Below, in pieces: positions 37,736 through 50,074 of a stretch of 64,000 nucleotides of DNA (position 1 is the stretch's first letter; the number at the start of each line of letters is the position of its first letter). Both the position numbers and the translations under genes were made by a program. This DNA is from Rhina ancylostomus (lineage: Eukaryota), in the NCBI GenBank assembly GCA_030265395.1, contig JARFYF010000058.1:19531556-19595555 (forward strand), in the 5' to 3' direction. Under the pieces are notes generated by a model. The model saw only the letters and a program-made list of their open reading frames with translations. It was not told the DNA's origin and did not search any database.

Positions 37736-39522
37736 TTAAGGAGTGATGGGAAATCAGGTTTTTTGTTCTTATCTCAGCCTTACGTTTGCTTTTACCAATC
37801 TTCCCAAATCTGTGAAATAATGTCCACTAACAATTCAGAAAATAAGCACTTCCTCTTTAAGAAATACAGGCATGACTCAATCAGCAGTGGCTAACTACAG
37901 CTGGTGCTAACCAGTTATGGATTGGACTGCATGGAGTGGCTTCAATGAAGATAAACAACAAGGTTGTGAGTGTGTTGCAGTAGGTCAAACAGGCACAGGT
38001 TAATCAGCTATCTTATTTCTAGCACATGTTTCCTAGTACTATCCAATTTAGGTCCCTTTATGTCTCAAATGAACTGGTAAATGAATTACTATGTTTCTCA
38101 GAATAAAATGGCAAACTGATTAACTGTACTACCATTCACAGCACTGTTCAGACAAATTATTTTAAAGTGAACACTCTTCACTTTATAACAGCCCACATCC
38201 TTCTTTATCCTTCTGAACCAACTTATATTTCAGTAACAAGGCTATTCTCCAACTATTCACCTTTCCTCTCCTTTGAATTTATATCCTTCATCCCTGCTGC
38301 CTTCTGTACAGACAAATCAAAAGTGCTCCAAATAAGTTCTTCTTTTTGCACATTCCAGCCTGAAATATTATTCCTTATTTACTGGCTTTTCATCAGTTAT
38401 GTGTGCCCAGTTGCAAAACATCTACTTTGGGGCCATATTTGTTGCACTATGAATAATATGTTTTCATCCTTTGAATCCAAATAGACTTCCTAGTTAATTA
38501 GCATTTATTGTGTTCTTTGTTATGTAATTCAGCTTCATCTTGATAACTGAAGAATGGCAAAAGCATATAAGGGCTTCATTTGAGAGAAAGAAATATAGAC
38601 TTGGAAATAAGATCAGCTACTTATCTGGGTAGGAGTTATGTGTGAATATAAAGCAATCACATTAATATATTTGATCAGCAACTGACCGGAATAAAATATA
38701 TTATTCCAGGAGTATCATGAGAGAAAGACTAAAATGTAATGATTATTTATATCTCATTGTCAACAATAACACTCTATGATTAAACTCCACTTTGATCAAG
38801 CTTGAAGGTTCTCATTTGACTGTAGAGTTTGGATTTTGAGAAGAATATTTTCCCACACACACAATGTGAAAAGTCCGAATCACTTGAAGACTAATCTTCC
38901 CCAGGTTTCCTTTGGGCTGCCCTTTCTTTGGTTGCTTTGTCATGCCATTGTGAATTGTCCTTTATTATGTTTGTTGTCACAAGGATAGAGTTCCAATCTG
39001 TATATCAGTTGGGATACATGTTTTGTTCAGATTGGTCTCACGCTATCCATGCAGCTTTTGAACCAACAACATTGAGAATGTCATCCACAGTAATCGTCTC
39101 CCAGCAGAATATCTCTGTCATCGGGGATCAGATACTTGGCCAGGTAACTTATTCACTTTGGCTCAACAACTTTAATTGTGCCATCATTAAATTTTCATGA
39201 TCTCTTTGAAACAGACCAAGTCTTCTGATGTGATGACTGTGTTCCAGAGATTGCATTAACACGAAAAGGATGTTATAATTATTGGCCTATAAGAATTGCT
39301 TATTGGAGCTACTGCTGGCAAAATGTCACTTTTATTGTATAACTTCACAATGAATCTTATTGTATTTTTATGGTATACTTCTTTACTAAGAGAGCATCAT
39401 GAGACAAGAGTATTTCCAAGTTTAGTGGATTTGTCCATCGTGAAGAACATGTATCCTTTATCGTTAGTGGTGATTGGAACATAAGTTATTCCATTAACTA
39501 GCTACTAAATTCTGTAAAGACT

Positions 39523-39647
39523 AAATATTGTAGATACTGGAAATCTGAAATAAAAGCAGAAAATACTGGATATATTCACCAGGTCAGGGCACCTGAGGAA
39601 AGAGAAACAAAATTAACTTTCCAGGCCAGTGATCTTTCATCAGAACC
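39523..39647 (-). mobile_element. Penelope-like terminal repeat with hammerhead-like core
   Basis: Minus strand reads GGTT-CTGATGA-AAGATCACTGGCCTG-GAAA-GTTAATTTTGTTTCTCT...TTTTATTTCAGATTTCCAGTATCTACA. Confidence 0.75.
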
Positions 39648-40129
39648 AGATATTTTCTGCAAAGGGAGGCTAGATTTCTCACAGATTCCTCCTCAGAAAT
39701 CCTCCACAGTGACGTGCTCCAAATGGCTATGAAGGGCAGGGTTATCAGGTAACTGGGCCTGAACCAAGTGTATTTTATTTACCGAGCAGATCTGAGATAC
39801 ACAGCCTGGGAGCAGTAGAACCTTCCGCACAGCAAATGCTGACAACTGAATTGCATCTCAAAATATATGGGTTATAATTGGGTTCACGTCCTGCATCGAA
39901 TGGTGACCTGACCATCAGTTTGTGGTACTGAGTGGCAGCAGTCGAACAATTTCTTTGCTGATGAAAGATAATGTCAACTAAGGCGGATGTAAAGGAAAAA
40001 AAACACAAACAATGCAGGAATCGCAGTCAAATCCATGGCAAATCGGCTTTTTGAATTGCATTAAGCAAATAACAACGATTTCAATCAACGTTCATTGAGA
40101 AACAGAAAGTATTTTTCATTATTTTTATT

Positions 40130-40661
40130 ATTACCATGACGTCAAAGCTGCTAGTAAAACAGAGCAAGGAACAGTCACGTGACTGACAGCCGCTTTTGAT
40201 TGTGACATCACTCATTAACGTTGCCATGGTGCTCCTCATGGCGCTCGCCCAATCAAAAGCAAACTTTGACGGCGACCGGCTGGAGTGACGTCGACGCGAT
40301 CCAGTAGCAGTGAAAGAGTTGGAATAGCGTCCCGCCTCATGTCAAGTAGCCAATCGGCGCTTGCAACCCTTGGCACCGTTCCAGAGACGGGCCACTACCC
40401 CCTTGCCATTGGCTGCGATGGTTTCGAGCAGCGGGGAGAGCAGCCAATGGGAGGTGGGGTGGTTGGATGCGCGCCCAGTGAGGGAGCGAGGAGGGCGGGT
40501 GGAGGCGGCCTTCCAGTGGCTGAAGGAAAGTTAGAGCGAGTGTGAACTGCAGTGTCAGGCAGTGGGGGACGGCGAGGGGAAGTGGGCTCTCGTCCCTGGA
40601 GCTGGTGGCTGCCGCCATTTATTGTTCTTTAAATCCCCTTCCCGAGTCTGGTCGATCGGCG
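40130..40661 (+). promoter_or_regulatory. TATA-less CpG-island promoter and 5' UTR of the FAM117 gene
   Basis: Abrupt CpG/GC enrichment from about 40130 to 41100. CRE TGACGTCA 40137-40144; palindromic E-box CAGTCACGTGACTG 40172-40185; RFX X-box-like GTTGCCATGGTGC 40220; CCAAT boxes at 40249, 40350, 40408 (reverse) and 40444; GC box near 40493; YY1-like GCCGCCATTT 40611-40620. Confidence 0.85.
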
Positions 40662-41016
40662 ATGTCATCGCAGGTGGCGCAGCGAGTGCGGCCCAGCGGC
40701 TCCCCGACCTCCAGCCGCCCCCAGCCGCTCCGAGCCACGGTCCCCTTCCAGCTGCGAGCGGCCGCCGGCAACAATGCTCCGAGCGGCGGCGTCGCTGGCC
40801 CCAGGCTGGCCGCCGGCTCCTCGTGTTCGCCGCCAGCCCCGGCCACCTCCGTGTCTGCGTCTCCGCCGGCGAGCCGCAGCGCGTTTCACAGCATCGCCAC
40901 TTCCACCGGCGCTGCCCCCGGGCCGGGCGATCAAGAGGCGGCCTGGAGAGCGGTGCCGTCTGTCGAGAGGAAAGCCAGTTTCTCTGCCTCCTGCTGCACC
41001 TCTCCCGTCAGTAAAG
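40662..41016 (+). CDS. FAM117A: FAM117/GLCCI1-family protein, coding exon 1 (best fit FAM117A)
   Basis: ATG at 40662 (GGCGATGT) inside a CpG island. Translation MSSQVAQRVRPSGSPTSSRPQPLRATVPFQL...SPVSK contains the family motif QP(L/M/I)RAT(V/I)P(F/Y)QL. Phase-1 donor AAG|GTACTG at 41016/41017 matches the phase of exon 2. Family call is strong; paralog call (117A vs 117B vs GLCCI1) is moderate. Confidence 0.85.
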
Positions 41017-42189
41017 GTACTGCACCTGCTGCCAGGCACAACAGTCTGAGCCCTGCTCCGGTGGAGCCGCAGAAATACTAATCCCGGTCGTTTGAAATCG
41101 ACAATAAGTTTTGCTAACGGTGTTTAATTTTTTGTTTTTTTTTCCTAGTGAAAGCAGCCTTGGGTTAGTAGCTCAACTTGTTTTNNNNNNNNNNNNNNNN
41201 NNNNNNNNNNNNNNNNNNNNNNNNNNNNNNNNNNNNNNNNNNNNNNNNNNNNNNNNNNNNNNNNNNNNNNNNNNNNNNNNNNNNCGTTGGGTTAGTAGCT
41301 CAACTTGTTTTCCCCCCCCCCCCCCCACCCCGCCGTTTCACCTCTTTTCTGTGTAAACATTACAGTTTCTGCTTGGAAATCTCTGCTTGCATGATGTTTA
41401 TGATTTTCCATTTTTGTTTTTGTACACTATCCCCACAGGAGTGCCTCCCCTTAATGATAAAAGCTTGGAATTGCAACCACTGCTATCAATAGTTCTGGAA
41501 TAAATTGCATACTTTTTGGGCTAATTCTCTATCAAACTCTTAACAGTAGTAATGAAAAGCCTGATAAAAATGAAATTTACTTAGGAATGTGTAAAACTGT
41601 AATTTGAACCTCAAATTTAAACGTCTCTTATGGCTGCGGATGTATCTGGAAGCATTGATCAAGGAAGAGAGAAAGGGGAAATTCATTTTGTCAGAGATAG
41701 TTGGTTTATAATCTCATATTAGGTTTTGTAGTATTATGTAACAACAATTAGTTCAAAGCTGCTGCTCTTCTAAGGGCAATATTTGTAGCTTTAGAAATGA
41801 TAACAATTATTACTCAACTTGTTGTGCAGTAATAGATTTGTTAATACAAATAATGCAAGAACCACTGCTTCATTTTGAAGCATTTTTAACCTGAGCAAAA
41901 TTTTAATTATTGTGTGCATTTAATGGATTGGTAACTTGTTTGATCATTTAACTCAGCCAGATATGCAGGTAGGAGTATTTTTTGTCCTTGTGTTTTGTAA
42001 AATGTATAATTTTAGATGAAGTTTGATAAATACTGTGATCAGTAGATCATAGCTGTTAAGATGTATGTGGCTTACCCAAGTAATGTACTTCCAACTGTTT
42101 GCTACCATTTGCATCTTTGAGTAAAAGAGAGATTTACATATATAATACTGTGCAGACATGGCCTTTCACAACTCCAGTGATCATCTTTT

Positions 42190-42375
42190 GAAATGATGCC
42201 ATGGGATTTTCTTTTTGTATATGTCTGCTTGAAAGAGGAAAATAGTGGAGAGTATGTGGTCAGTTTAACTTTAAGCAAAAACTGATAGCTCAGCATTCCC
42301 TCAGTACAGCAGTGAAGTGTTGGCATTGATATTTGTGCTCCAGGATTTAACTTGCAAACACCTGATTTGAGTTGT
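42190..42375 (-). mobile_element. Deu-SINE fragment
   Basis: GATGCCATGGGATTTT...CAGCATTCCCTCAGTACAGCAGTGAAGTGTTGGCATTGATATTTGTGCTC. Confidence 0.55.
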
Positions 42376-42404
42376 AATGTTACCTTGCAGATCAAGTGAA
42401 CTAC

Positions 42405-42670
42405 ATTCAATTCCTGCACCTCTTGCTGTCTGACTGGAATTTGCATGTCCTCCCTGTGACTGTGGGTTTATCTCCAGATGCTCTAATTTCCTCCTACATC
42501 CTAAAAATGTGCTGGATATTAATTAGGCNNNNNNNNNNCTATCCTAAATCTTGGGTGGTAGAAGAATCAGTTGTTGAGCATGAGAGACAATATGTTACAG
42601 GGAGGTAAGTGGTGAATGGGATTAATGGAATTGCTCAGAGCCTGTATAAACTTGATGGGCTAAATTGACA
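42405..42670 (+). mobile_element. Degenerate V-SINE
   Basis: GGAATTTGCATGTCCTCCCTGTGACTGTGGGTTT...TTTCCTCCTACATCCTAAA...GATGGGCTAAATTGAC. Confidence 0.7.
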
Positions 42671-42714
42671 ATTTATTTCTACCTGGTTAACTAGGTTATC
42701 AATAACATCAATTT

Positions 42715-43370
42715 GAGCATTGCTGGCAAGACTAATATTTACTGCCCACTCCTTATTGTTCTTGGGGATTTTGCAAGACAGTGCTCGGAACATTGTAGTC
42801 CTTCTGAAGGTACTCAGAGTATTAAGGAATTCTGGGATTTAGACCCACAACAATGAAAGGATGAAGATATGTTTCCAAGTCAAGATAATGTGTGACCTGG
42901 AGGAAATCCTTGTCCTTGTTAATGGAGGTCATGTTCTTGAAGGTACTATTGCAGTAGCCAAGGCAAGGAATTGCAGTGTGTTTAAGATGGTACCACTGCA
43001 GCTATAGTATGTGCTGAAAGGCATATTAAAGTTGTGATATGGTGGGTACCCAATAAAGCAGTTGCTTTTTACTGGGGTTAGTTCTTGATCTGCAGCAGAA
43101 CAAATTTTATGACACGTGTCAGTAATAAACCTGATTCTGAATGTTGTTGGAGTTGTACTCAATTCAAGCAAGTGTTGCATACTTGATCTCACAACTGACT
43201 TGTGCTTTGTAGATGGTGGAACAGCTTTGATGTATTGAAGATGAGCCACTTACTGAAGGATACCTAGTCTCTGATTTGCTTCTGTAGTCCTGGTGTACAT
43301 GCTGTTTATCCAGCTGACTTTGCAGTCAGTGGTGTCTCCTGGAATATTAATATCGATTATGTCATTGGAT
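42715..43370 (-). mobile_element. CR1/L2-like LINE 3' fragment
   Basis: CATTGCTGGCAAGACTAATATTTACTGCCCACTCC...GGATTTAGACCCACAACAATGAA; homologous to 17170-17570. Confidence 0.65.
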
Positions 43371-44647
43371 GCAAGGTTATGAGGTTAAATGATATTCATT
43401 TCAGCTCTGGAAACCTCAATGATTGTTTAATCTGCACTATGACTAGATTTTCCTATTCTTTGTGGTTTATAAAATCTGATTGCAGAAATATTGGGAATAC
43501 AGGCAAAGATAATTAGTCTTTAAGTGAAACCTATAAAGCTTACAAAGTCTAATGACAGTGGGTAAACAGCCTTTGCTTGCAGCACTGAGAAAGAGGAAAC
43601 CAATTGTTTTTGGTACAGATTTGTTTCACTTCCAAAATGTACTAAACAGAAAAGTGGTGCTGTAGGAATAAAAACTTGCAACTTTGATACTTTATTTTTG
43701 CCAAAGTAGCTAATGTGAGCATTTAGTTAGATTCTTGGGTGCAGGGTGTGATATATTAGCCAGTCAACCTTTTCTCACTGGAGATTGGCTCATCACTGAG
43801 CTGCACATGGGGAGGTTCCAGTTGTTGTGAATGGCACACAGATGTTTCCACTTAGCTGCATGGTCCCAAGAAGGGGTGCCACCCTTCCTCATGAGATCGG
43901 CCACCATCTACTGTAGTTTGTTTCACTGCACTAAATATTTGCTGGTTACAGAGCTTTGTTCTTTGTTCCCATGCGTGCTTGCCACAGCTGTTAAAAGCTG
44001 AAGGGCTGGATTTTGTGGTGATGAAATAGTCTTCGTGGATCGTATTTATTGGAATATGATGACATTCAACAAAATTAGGATTGTTGTGGATTTACTAATT
44101 TATCTTGGGATGAGACTGGGGATCTCAAGTCAACATTATTCCTCATAATTCTTGAATGCAAGATTGCCCTTGGAGTGCATTGTGTAGGGTTGGCCTAAAT
44201 AACAAATTAGTTTTTAATGGGGCTTTTCACAAAGTAAAACATACCTGAGAGGAACATTATCCAGTTTGTTTGCCATTTAACCCACAAGTATAGAGATTGG
44301 TGATTTTTTAGTGAGGCTGAGAGGGAAGGAATTAAACATGGAGGCTGAAGGCATTGTTCTGAGTAAACAAGCAAAGAATACAGAAGTGGAAGAGTGTAGA
44401 GCTCCATGTTTCTCCCCACCCCAAATCACTGCTGTATTCCCAAAGAGAAGACTAGTCAGGAATTTGTAATCTAGTCAGTTTCTGTCACTTTAATGTTTCA
44501 TCAGCTGATGTATTTCCTCAGGTCAGTGATCTAGTTTTAAATTGTGTATGTAATATAACTGAGAACATGAAACCATTTCTTGCAGCAATTACTTAGTTAC
44601 TAACAATTTGTATTGAAAACATTTATACTGGCTATCGTATCTCTACA

Positions 44648-44698
44648 CAGTCCTGATGCAGGGTTCCAACCTGAAATAATGACCATTCCTTTGCATCC
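44648..44698 (+). mobile_element. Short Penelope-like fragment with variant hammerhead-like core
   Basis: CAGTC-CTGATGC-AGGGTTCCAACCT-GAAA-TAATGACCATTCCTTTGCATCC. Confidence 0.5.
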
Positions 44699-44839
44699 AT
44701 TTTGAAAGTAATGCACAAACACAAATCTGTTGCTGATTTTGGCAACTTTTCTATCTTCCAATTGTGACAAACTTTTCACATGTATTTTCTGTCTAATGAA
44801 ATTTTGATCAAGGAAATAAAGGAAACATGGTAGGTATGT

Positions 44840-46575
44840 CACTGGAATTAAGGGAGTCCCTTCAATATAAGGGGGTGTAGGAGAGAACAAAGAAGTTCGG
44901 AGGGCAAAAAAAAGGCCATGAAATATCCTTGGCCTAAGATTGAGAATCCCAAGACACAACAGGGACAGAGTGGGCCCTGTTAAGAACTGAAAGGTAAAAC
45001 GGTGTGGTCCAAATGAATACTTTTCATCTGTATTCACCAAGACAGATGGGAAGGTGGTGAATTCACGCAAGGGTACATGGGTAATCTGAGGAGGTCCTTA
45101 TTGAGGATGAGTTGTTAGATGATATGGGACACAAGGGTTGATAAATCTCCCAGGATCAGATCTATCCCAGGTTATGAGAATTGAGGGAGGACATAGCAGT
45201 GGCCTTGACAGGGTTCTGCTCTGTTAGTCACAGGTGAAGGTGCTAGAAGACTGAAGGATAGTAATGTTCTTTAAGAAAAATAACAGGGAGAAGCCAAGGA
45301 TAAGAGCCTTGCATTAATGGTAGGAATAAAGTTATTGGAGGAAATCCCAAGGGATAGATTGACATACATCTGGGAAGGCAGGGCTGATCATGAATGGTCA
45401 GCATAGTTTTGTCGGGTGGAAGTCCTGCCTTACTAACTACTTTTGAGGAGGTGACTAGAAGATTGACGACAAGATGTGGATGTGTGTATATGGACTTTAA
45501 GGCATTTGACATGGTTCCATATGGTATGCTGGCCTAGTGGGTTAAAGCTCATGGGATCAAAGGCAAGCTAATTAGATCCAAAATTAATCTTGCGAAAGGA
45601 GGCAGATTAATGGTGGAAGGATGCTTAACTGCAGTGCAGGGACCCTTACTGTCTGTGATACATTGTAATGACTTGGATGTGAATGTCAGAGGTATGATTG
45701 GTATGTTTGTGGATGACACTTGTGTTGTTACAAATACTGAGGGAAGTTATCTAAGATGAGAGAGTATAGATCAGATGGAAAATTGGGCAGTGTTGGGAGA
45801 TGGAATTTAATCTTGACAGTGTACGGTGATGCATTTTAAGAATGCAAATAGAAATAGGACAAAAGTTGTAAATGGTAGGGAACTAAGGAATGTTGATGAT
45901 TAGTGATGTTGGAATTTGAATGTGTAGTTCCCTGAAAGTGGTAACTTGGGTAGATAGGATAGTGAAGAAGGTGCATGGCATTGAATATAAAAGTTGGGAT
46001 GCTCTGTTGCAACTTTATGAAACACCAGTTAGACTGCTCTTGGAATATTGTGTGGTTCTGGTTGCTATGCTATAGGACGGATCTTCTTGTGCTGGAGAGT
46101 GCAGAAGAGATTGACCAGGATTAGAGGATTTTAGTTATTGGGAGAGATTAGATAAAGTGAGGTTTTTTCCCCCTGGAGCAAAGGAGGCTGAGGGGTGATC
46201 TGATTGGAGTGGATAAAATTATAAGTGGCCTTTATGGGGAAGATACAATTGTCTTCTATTGGTAGGGTATCAAAAAAGAGAGAAAATGCTTAAAGTAAAA
46301 GGAAGGAGTTTCAAAGAAATATGCTGCAAGAAGAGATGGTAGGATCAGATACAATCACTGTGTTCAAGACACTTTAGTCAGGCAGAGTGTTGGCAGATGG
46401 AATTTAATCTTGACAATGCAAGGTGCATTTTAAGAATACAGATAAAAATAGACCTTGCAAAAATATAAGGCATAGAAGGATGTGGATCTAGTGTGGGCAA
46501 ATGGGATTAGTGTATATGGACTAATACATCTGGATGGATGCAATGGGCAGAAGGGTCTGTTTCTGTCCTGCATGG
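44840..46575 (+). mobile_element. Decayed CR1/HER1-type LINE in intron 1
   Basis: GATAAATCTCCCAGG, ATGGACTTTAAGGCATTTGAC, TTTGTGGATGACAC (FVDDT), TTGGAATATTGTGTGGTTCTGG and tail GGGCAGAAGGGTCTGTTTCTGTCCTG. Confidence 0.85.
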
Positions 46576-46589
46576 TTTTAAGTGGTTTA

Positions 46590-46790
46590 GTCTGGTGTTT
46601 ATTTCATTCTCCCACATCACAAAGATGTGTGGATTTGTTGGTTAATTGACTGCTATGAATTGCCCCAGCATGTAGGCAGGTAGTGCTATCTGGGGAGAGT
46701 TGATGGGAACTTGGGGAAAATAAAGTGATTAGTGTAAATGGTTGCTTGAAAGTTGGCGTGTACTCTGGGCTGAAAGTTACTATGACTCTA
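46590..46790 (+). mobile_element. V-SINE 3' part
   Basis: CTCCCACATCACAAAGATGTG...GGTTAATTGAC...GGGGAGAGTTGATGGGAA...TATGACTCTA; matches 33260-33460. Confidence 0.75.
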
Positions 46791-49627
46791 CAAACCTTGC
46801 ATCAGAACTAGAATGTCTCCACAGCTGGCCCAGCTACATGTAAATTAATTGGAACATTACATAACAGGTACATTTGGTGACAAAAGCTTGGTCTTTAATA
46901 ATAGGGGAGTCATTCTGTCTTCAGTTTCTCAACTGAAGACTAAAAGTACAAATCCATACCCCTTTTAGGCTTTGCCACTAAACTTTCTTGATACAAGTGT
47001 ATTTCTTAAGTCTCCATCTTCCTATAGAAGATGGGTTTAAAGTTGCATCACTCTTGTACATGGTCAAATTACTTTAAGTACAGCAAAATCTAGCTGGTTG
47101 CATCTCATTTGGAGGAAAACAAGCTGTTTATGGAGCAACTTTTATACTTGTGGGGATAATGTATAAATATTTTGAAGTACAGTTTTTTGCCATGGAGTGA
47201 AATATTCACATTTTGTATTCTAACAACAATATTTCAATCTGAAAATTAAGAGATTGCACATTGTAATTAGAAGTTTGTATGTGGAAAAATTAGAAAGAAA
47301 TGCCAATAATGTAGGCTTCATTTATGGCATTGGAACCATTTCTGATATTTAAACTAAAACTTAAAATATCTTGTGCCTTGTAGAAGTCCATGTGGTAATT
47401 TGAAGCTGACTTCTGAGAATGTATTTTAACTTGATACCTAAATTATAGGTGGGAGTTTTGGGTGAAATGACTGGATTGTAGGTGGTTATGACATGGTACC
47501 ACCAATCCTGAATGTAACCAATGAAGGTGAAGACTGCCTATTTATTATACTTCATAGATTTAGCTTCTTTTGAAGCACTTGGTCAAGGTATTTACCATTA
47601 TGCTGTGAATACCTGCCATAGAAGAAACAGAACATAGGTAAGGCTTTGAAAGAAGTGGGGGATGCAGAAATGGGTTAAAATTTCATGCCAGTGAAAGTTA
47701 TTTGTTTTTGATGGGTGTAGCTGTCTGTAGGCCAAATCAGATGGAGCTGGAGAAAAGCAGAATAATAAGGGTGTAACTGCTGCTGAACAGTAGCTCTAAA
47801 ATACAACTTCAAGTTGTAGTCATTGACCACAAATACTTTTTAAGGCATGTGGTATGTTGGGAGGGTAAATTATTCAGTGAAAAGGAAAGTATTGTACCAA
47901 TGGTAGCCTGCATTGTGAAAATACAATGAGTTTATGCTGTCAGGCACCCTTAAGGCAGTAGAGGGAAGTAGCTTCTGTTGTGGCATTGCCTGAGATTTCA
48001 TTACAATCATGGTAAATTATTCTGAGGAACTGGCATCAACCAAGTGATGATTGTGATGATTCTATTTCTTTTCCCTGTTCTCAATACTATCATAAAATTT
48101 GAATTTTATAAATTTTAGTAGTCTTGATTTGCATTTTATCACAAGATGAGATTTGTTTGCATGGCTGCTCTCTCTTGTGGCAGTGTTTTGCAACATGCAG
48201 TAGACCTGCTTTAATGTGGTATACCAGGTAGAGGTTAAAATTGTATTTCATGAACATAATTTATCCTAGAAAAGTCACAATCTTACTTTGTCCTGATAGC
48301 TGAGATTTGATTCCATGTGTATATTGCAATTTTTAATAAATACTGAACACCTGTTAATCTTGTAACTTTAGTTGAAAGGTATTTTAAACACATCAGAAAT
48401 TTGAATGTTTTGAAAGTGTACTTCAGAAAATCTTAAATTTTTCCTACTTTGAAATGTATTGCAATTGTAGTATTTGCTATCTAAATTCATTTTATTTGGA
48501 ATGGCTTCTCAAAGTAGGTTAATGTTTTATAACATGGTCATCTGTAGCTCAGCATTCCTTGGACTTACAGAAGTTATTGCAGGCAGAGTATATGAATGTG
48601 GTACTTAAATAGGTTCTATTNNNNNNNNNNNNNNNNNNNNNNNNNNNNNNNNNNNNNNNNNNNNNNNNNNNNNNNNNNNNNNNNNNNNNNNNNNNNNNNN
48701 NNNNNNNNNNNNNNNNNNNNTTCTATTCCCCCCCGTTCTCTCCCCCCCCCCCCCCCCCAAAAGCCCTGTGGTTTGTGAAAGGAAAACAAACATGCAAATT
48801 GAAGGCACAAGCTCCTGTTTATCAGATAGGTACATGAGGTTTTATTCAAATGTGGGAGTGTAATTTGAAAGCTGACTTAAATACTAATAACTTCACTTGG
48901 CAATTACATCTAAAGCAGGGTCTTTAGGTGTCAGTTGCATTCTAAATTTAAGAGACAATCTGGTTATATTTTTGTTTGTCTCCTCAGATCAATTTTCTCA
49001 AAAGCAGTAACCTTGAATATTACTAGTTTTTTGGTACATGTTTTGAGGCCAATAGCCATCACCCTGTTAGCAACATCAAGAGGATTTTGCCTCTTCATTT
49101 TCCTTGTGCTCCTAATAATATAAATGTTGGTTTTCTGTGATAGTTCACTTTATTAATAATTAGCCTTTTTCTTCAGTCTTGCTAAATAATGTGCATGCCT
49201 TTTGGAGAAGCTCAATTTTTGTGCTTGAGACTAGATTCTTAAAGTGAAGGTTTTTGTTGTACCATAAGACTTTGAGCACAGCCTATGTCAACTCCTGGTT
49301 TCGCCACAGCTTGCTGCAAAGTAGATCTGTTTCTCTTCATCCTCTGTCTTGCAAGTTCACTTTGCTATGCAACTGCAATATTCTGCACTCTTGTTTTAAT
49401 AAATTTCAGGGTGGTTTTGTATTATTACTGTTTACATTTGAATCAAGGCTACCTAAAACATTTAATGGAGCAAGTTGCACCCAGCACACTTTAAGTTCAC
49501 TTAAAACACGAGTTATGGAATAAAGTGACCATTCTTATATTCATCCAAATACTGTCTTTCTCTTACACAAAATGTAATGCAAAGGATCGATGGTTGTATT
49601 ACAATTGGAATAGCAGTAAAGTGGTAG

Positions 49628-50074
<447 letters not shown>

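Noticed and set aside
40337-41049. Several overlapping GC-rich ORFs on both strands
   Set aside because: Shadow ORFs of the CpG island; only the frame starting at 40662 has family motifs and splice continuity.
41160-41310. TTGGGTTAGTAGCTCAACTTGTTTT duplicated around a gap, next to poly-C
   Set aside because: Contig overlap at a homopolymer; the same pattern occurs at 48613-48727.
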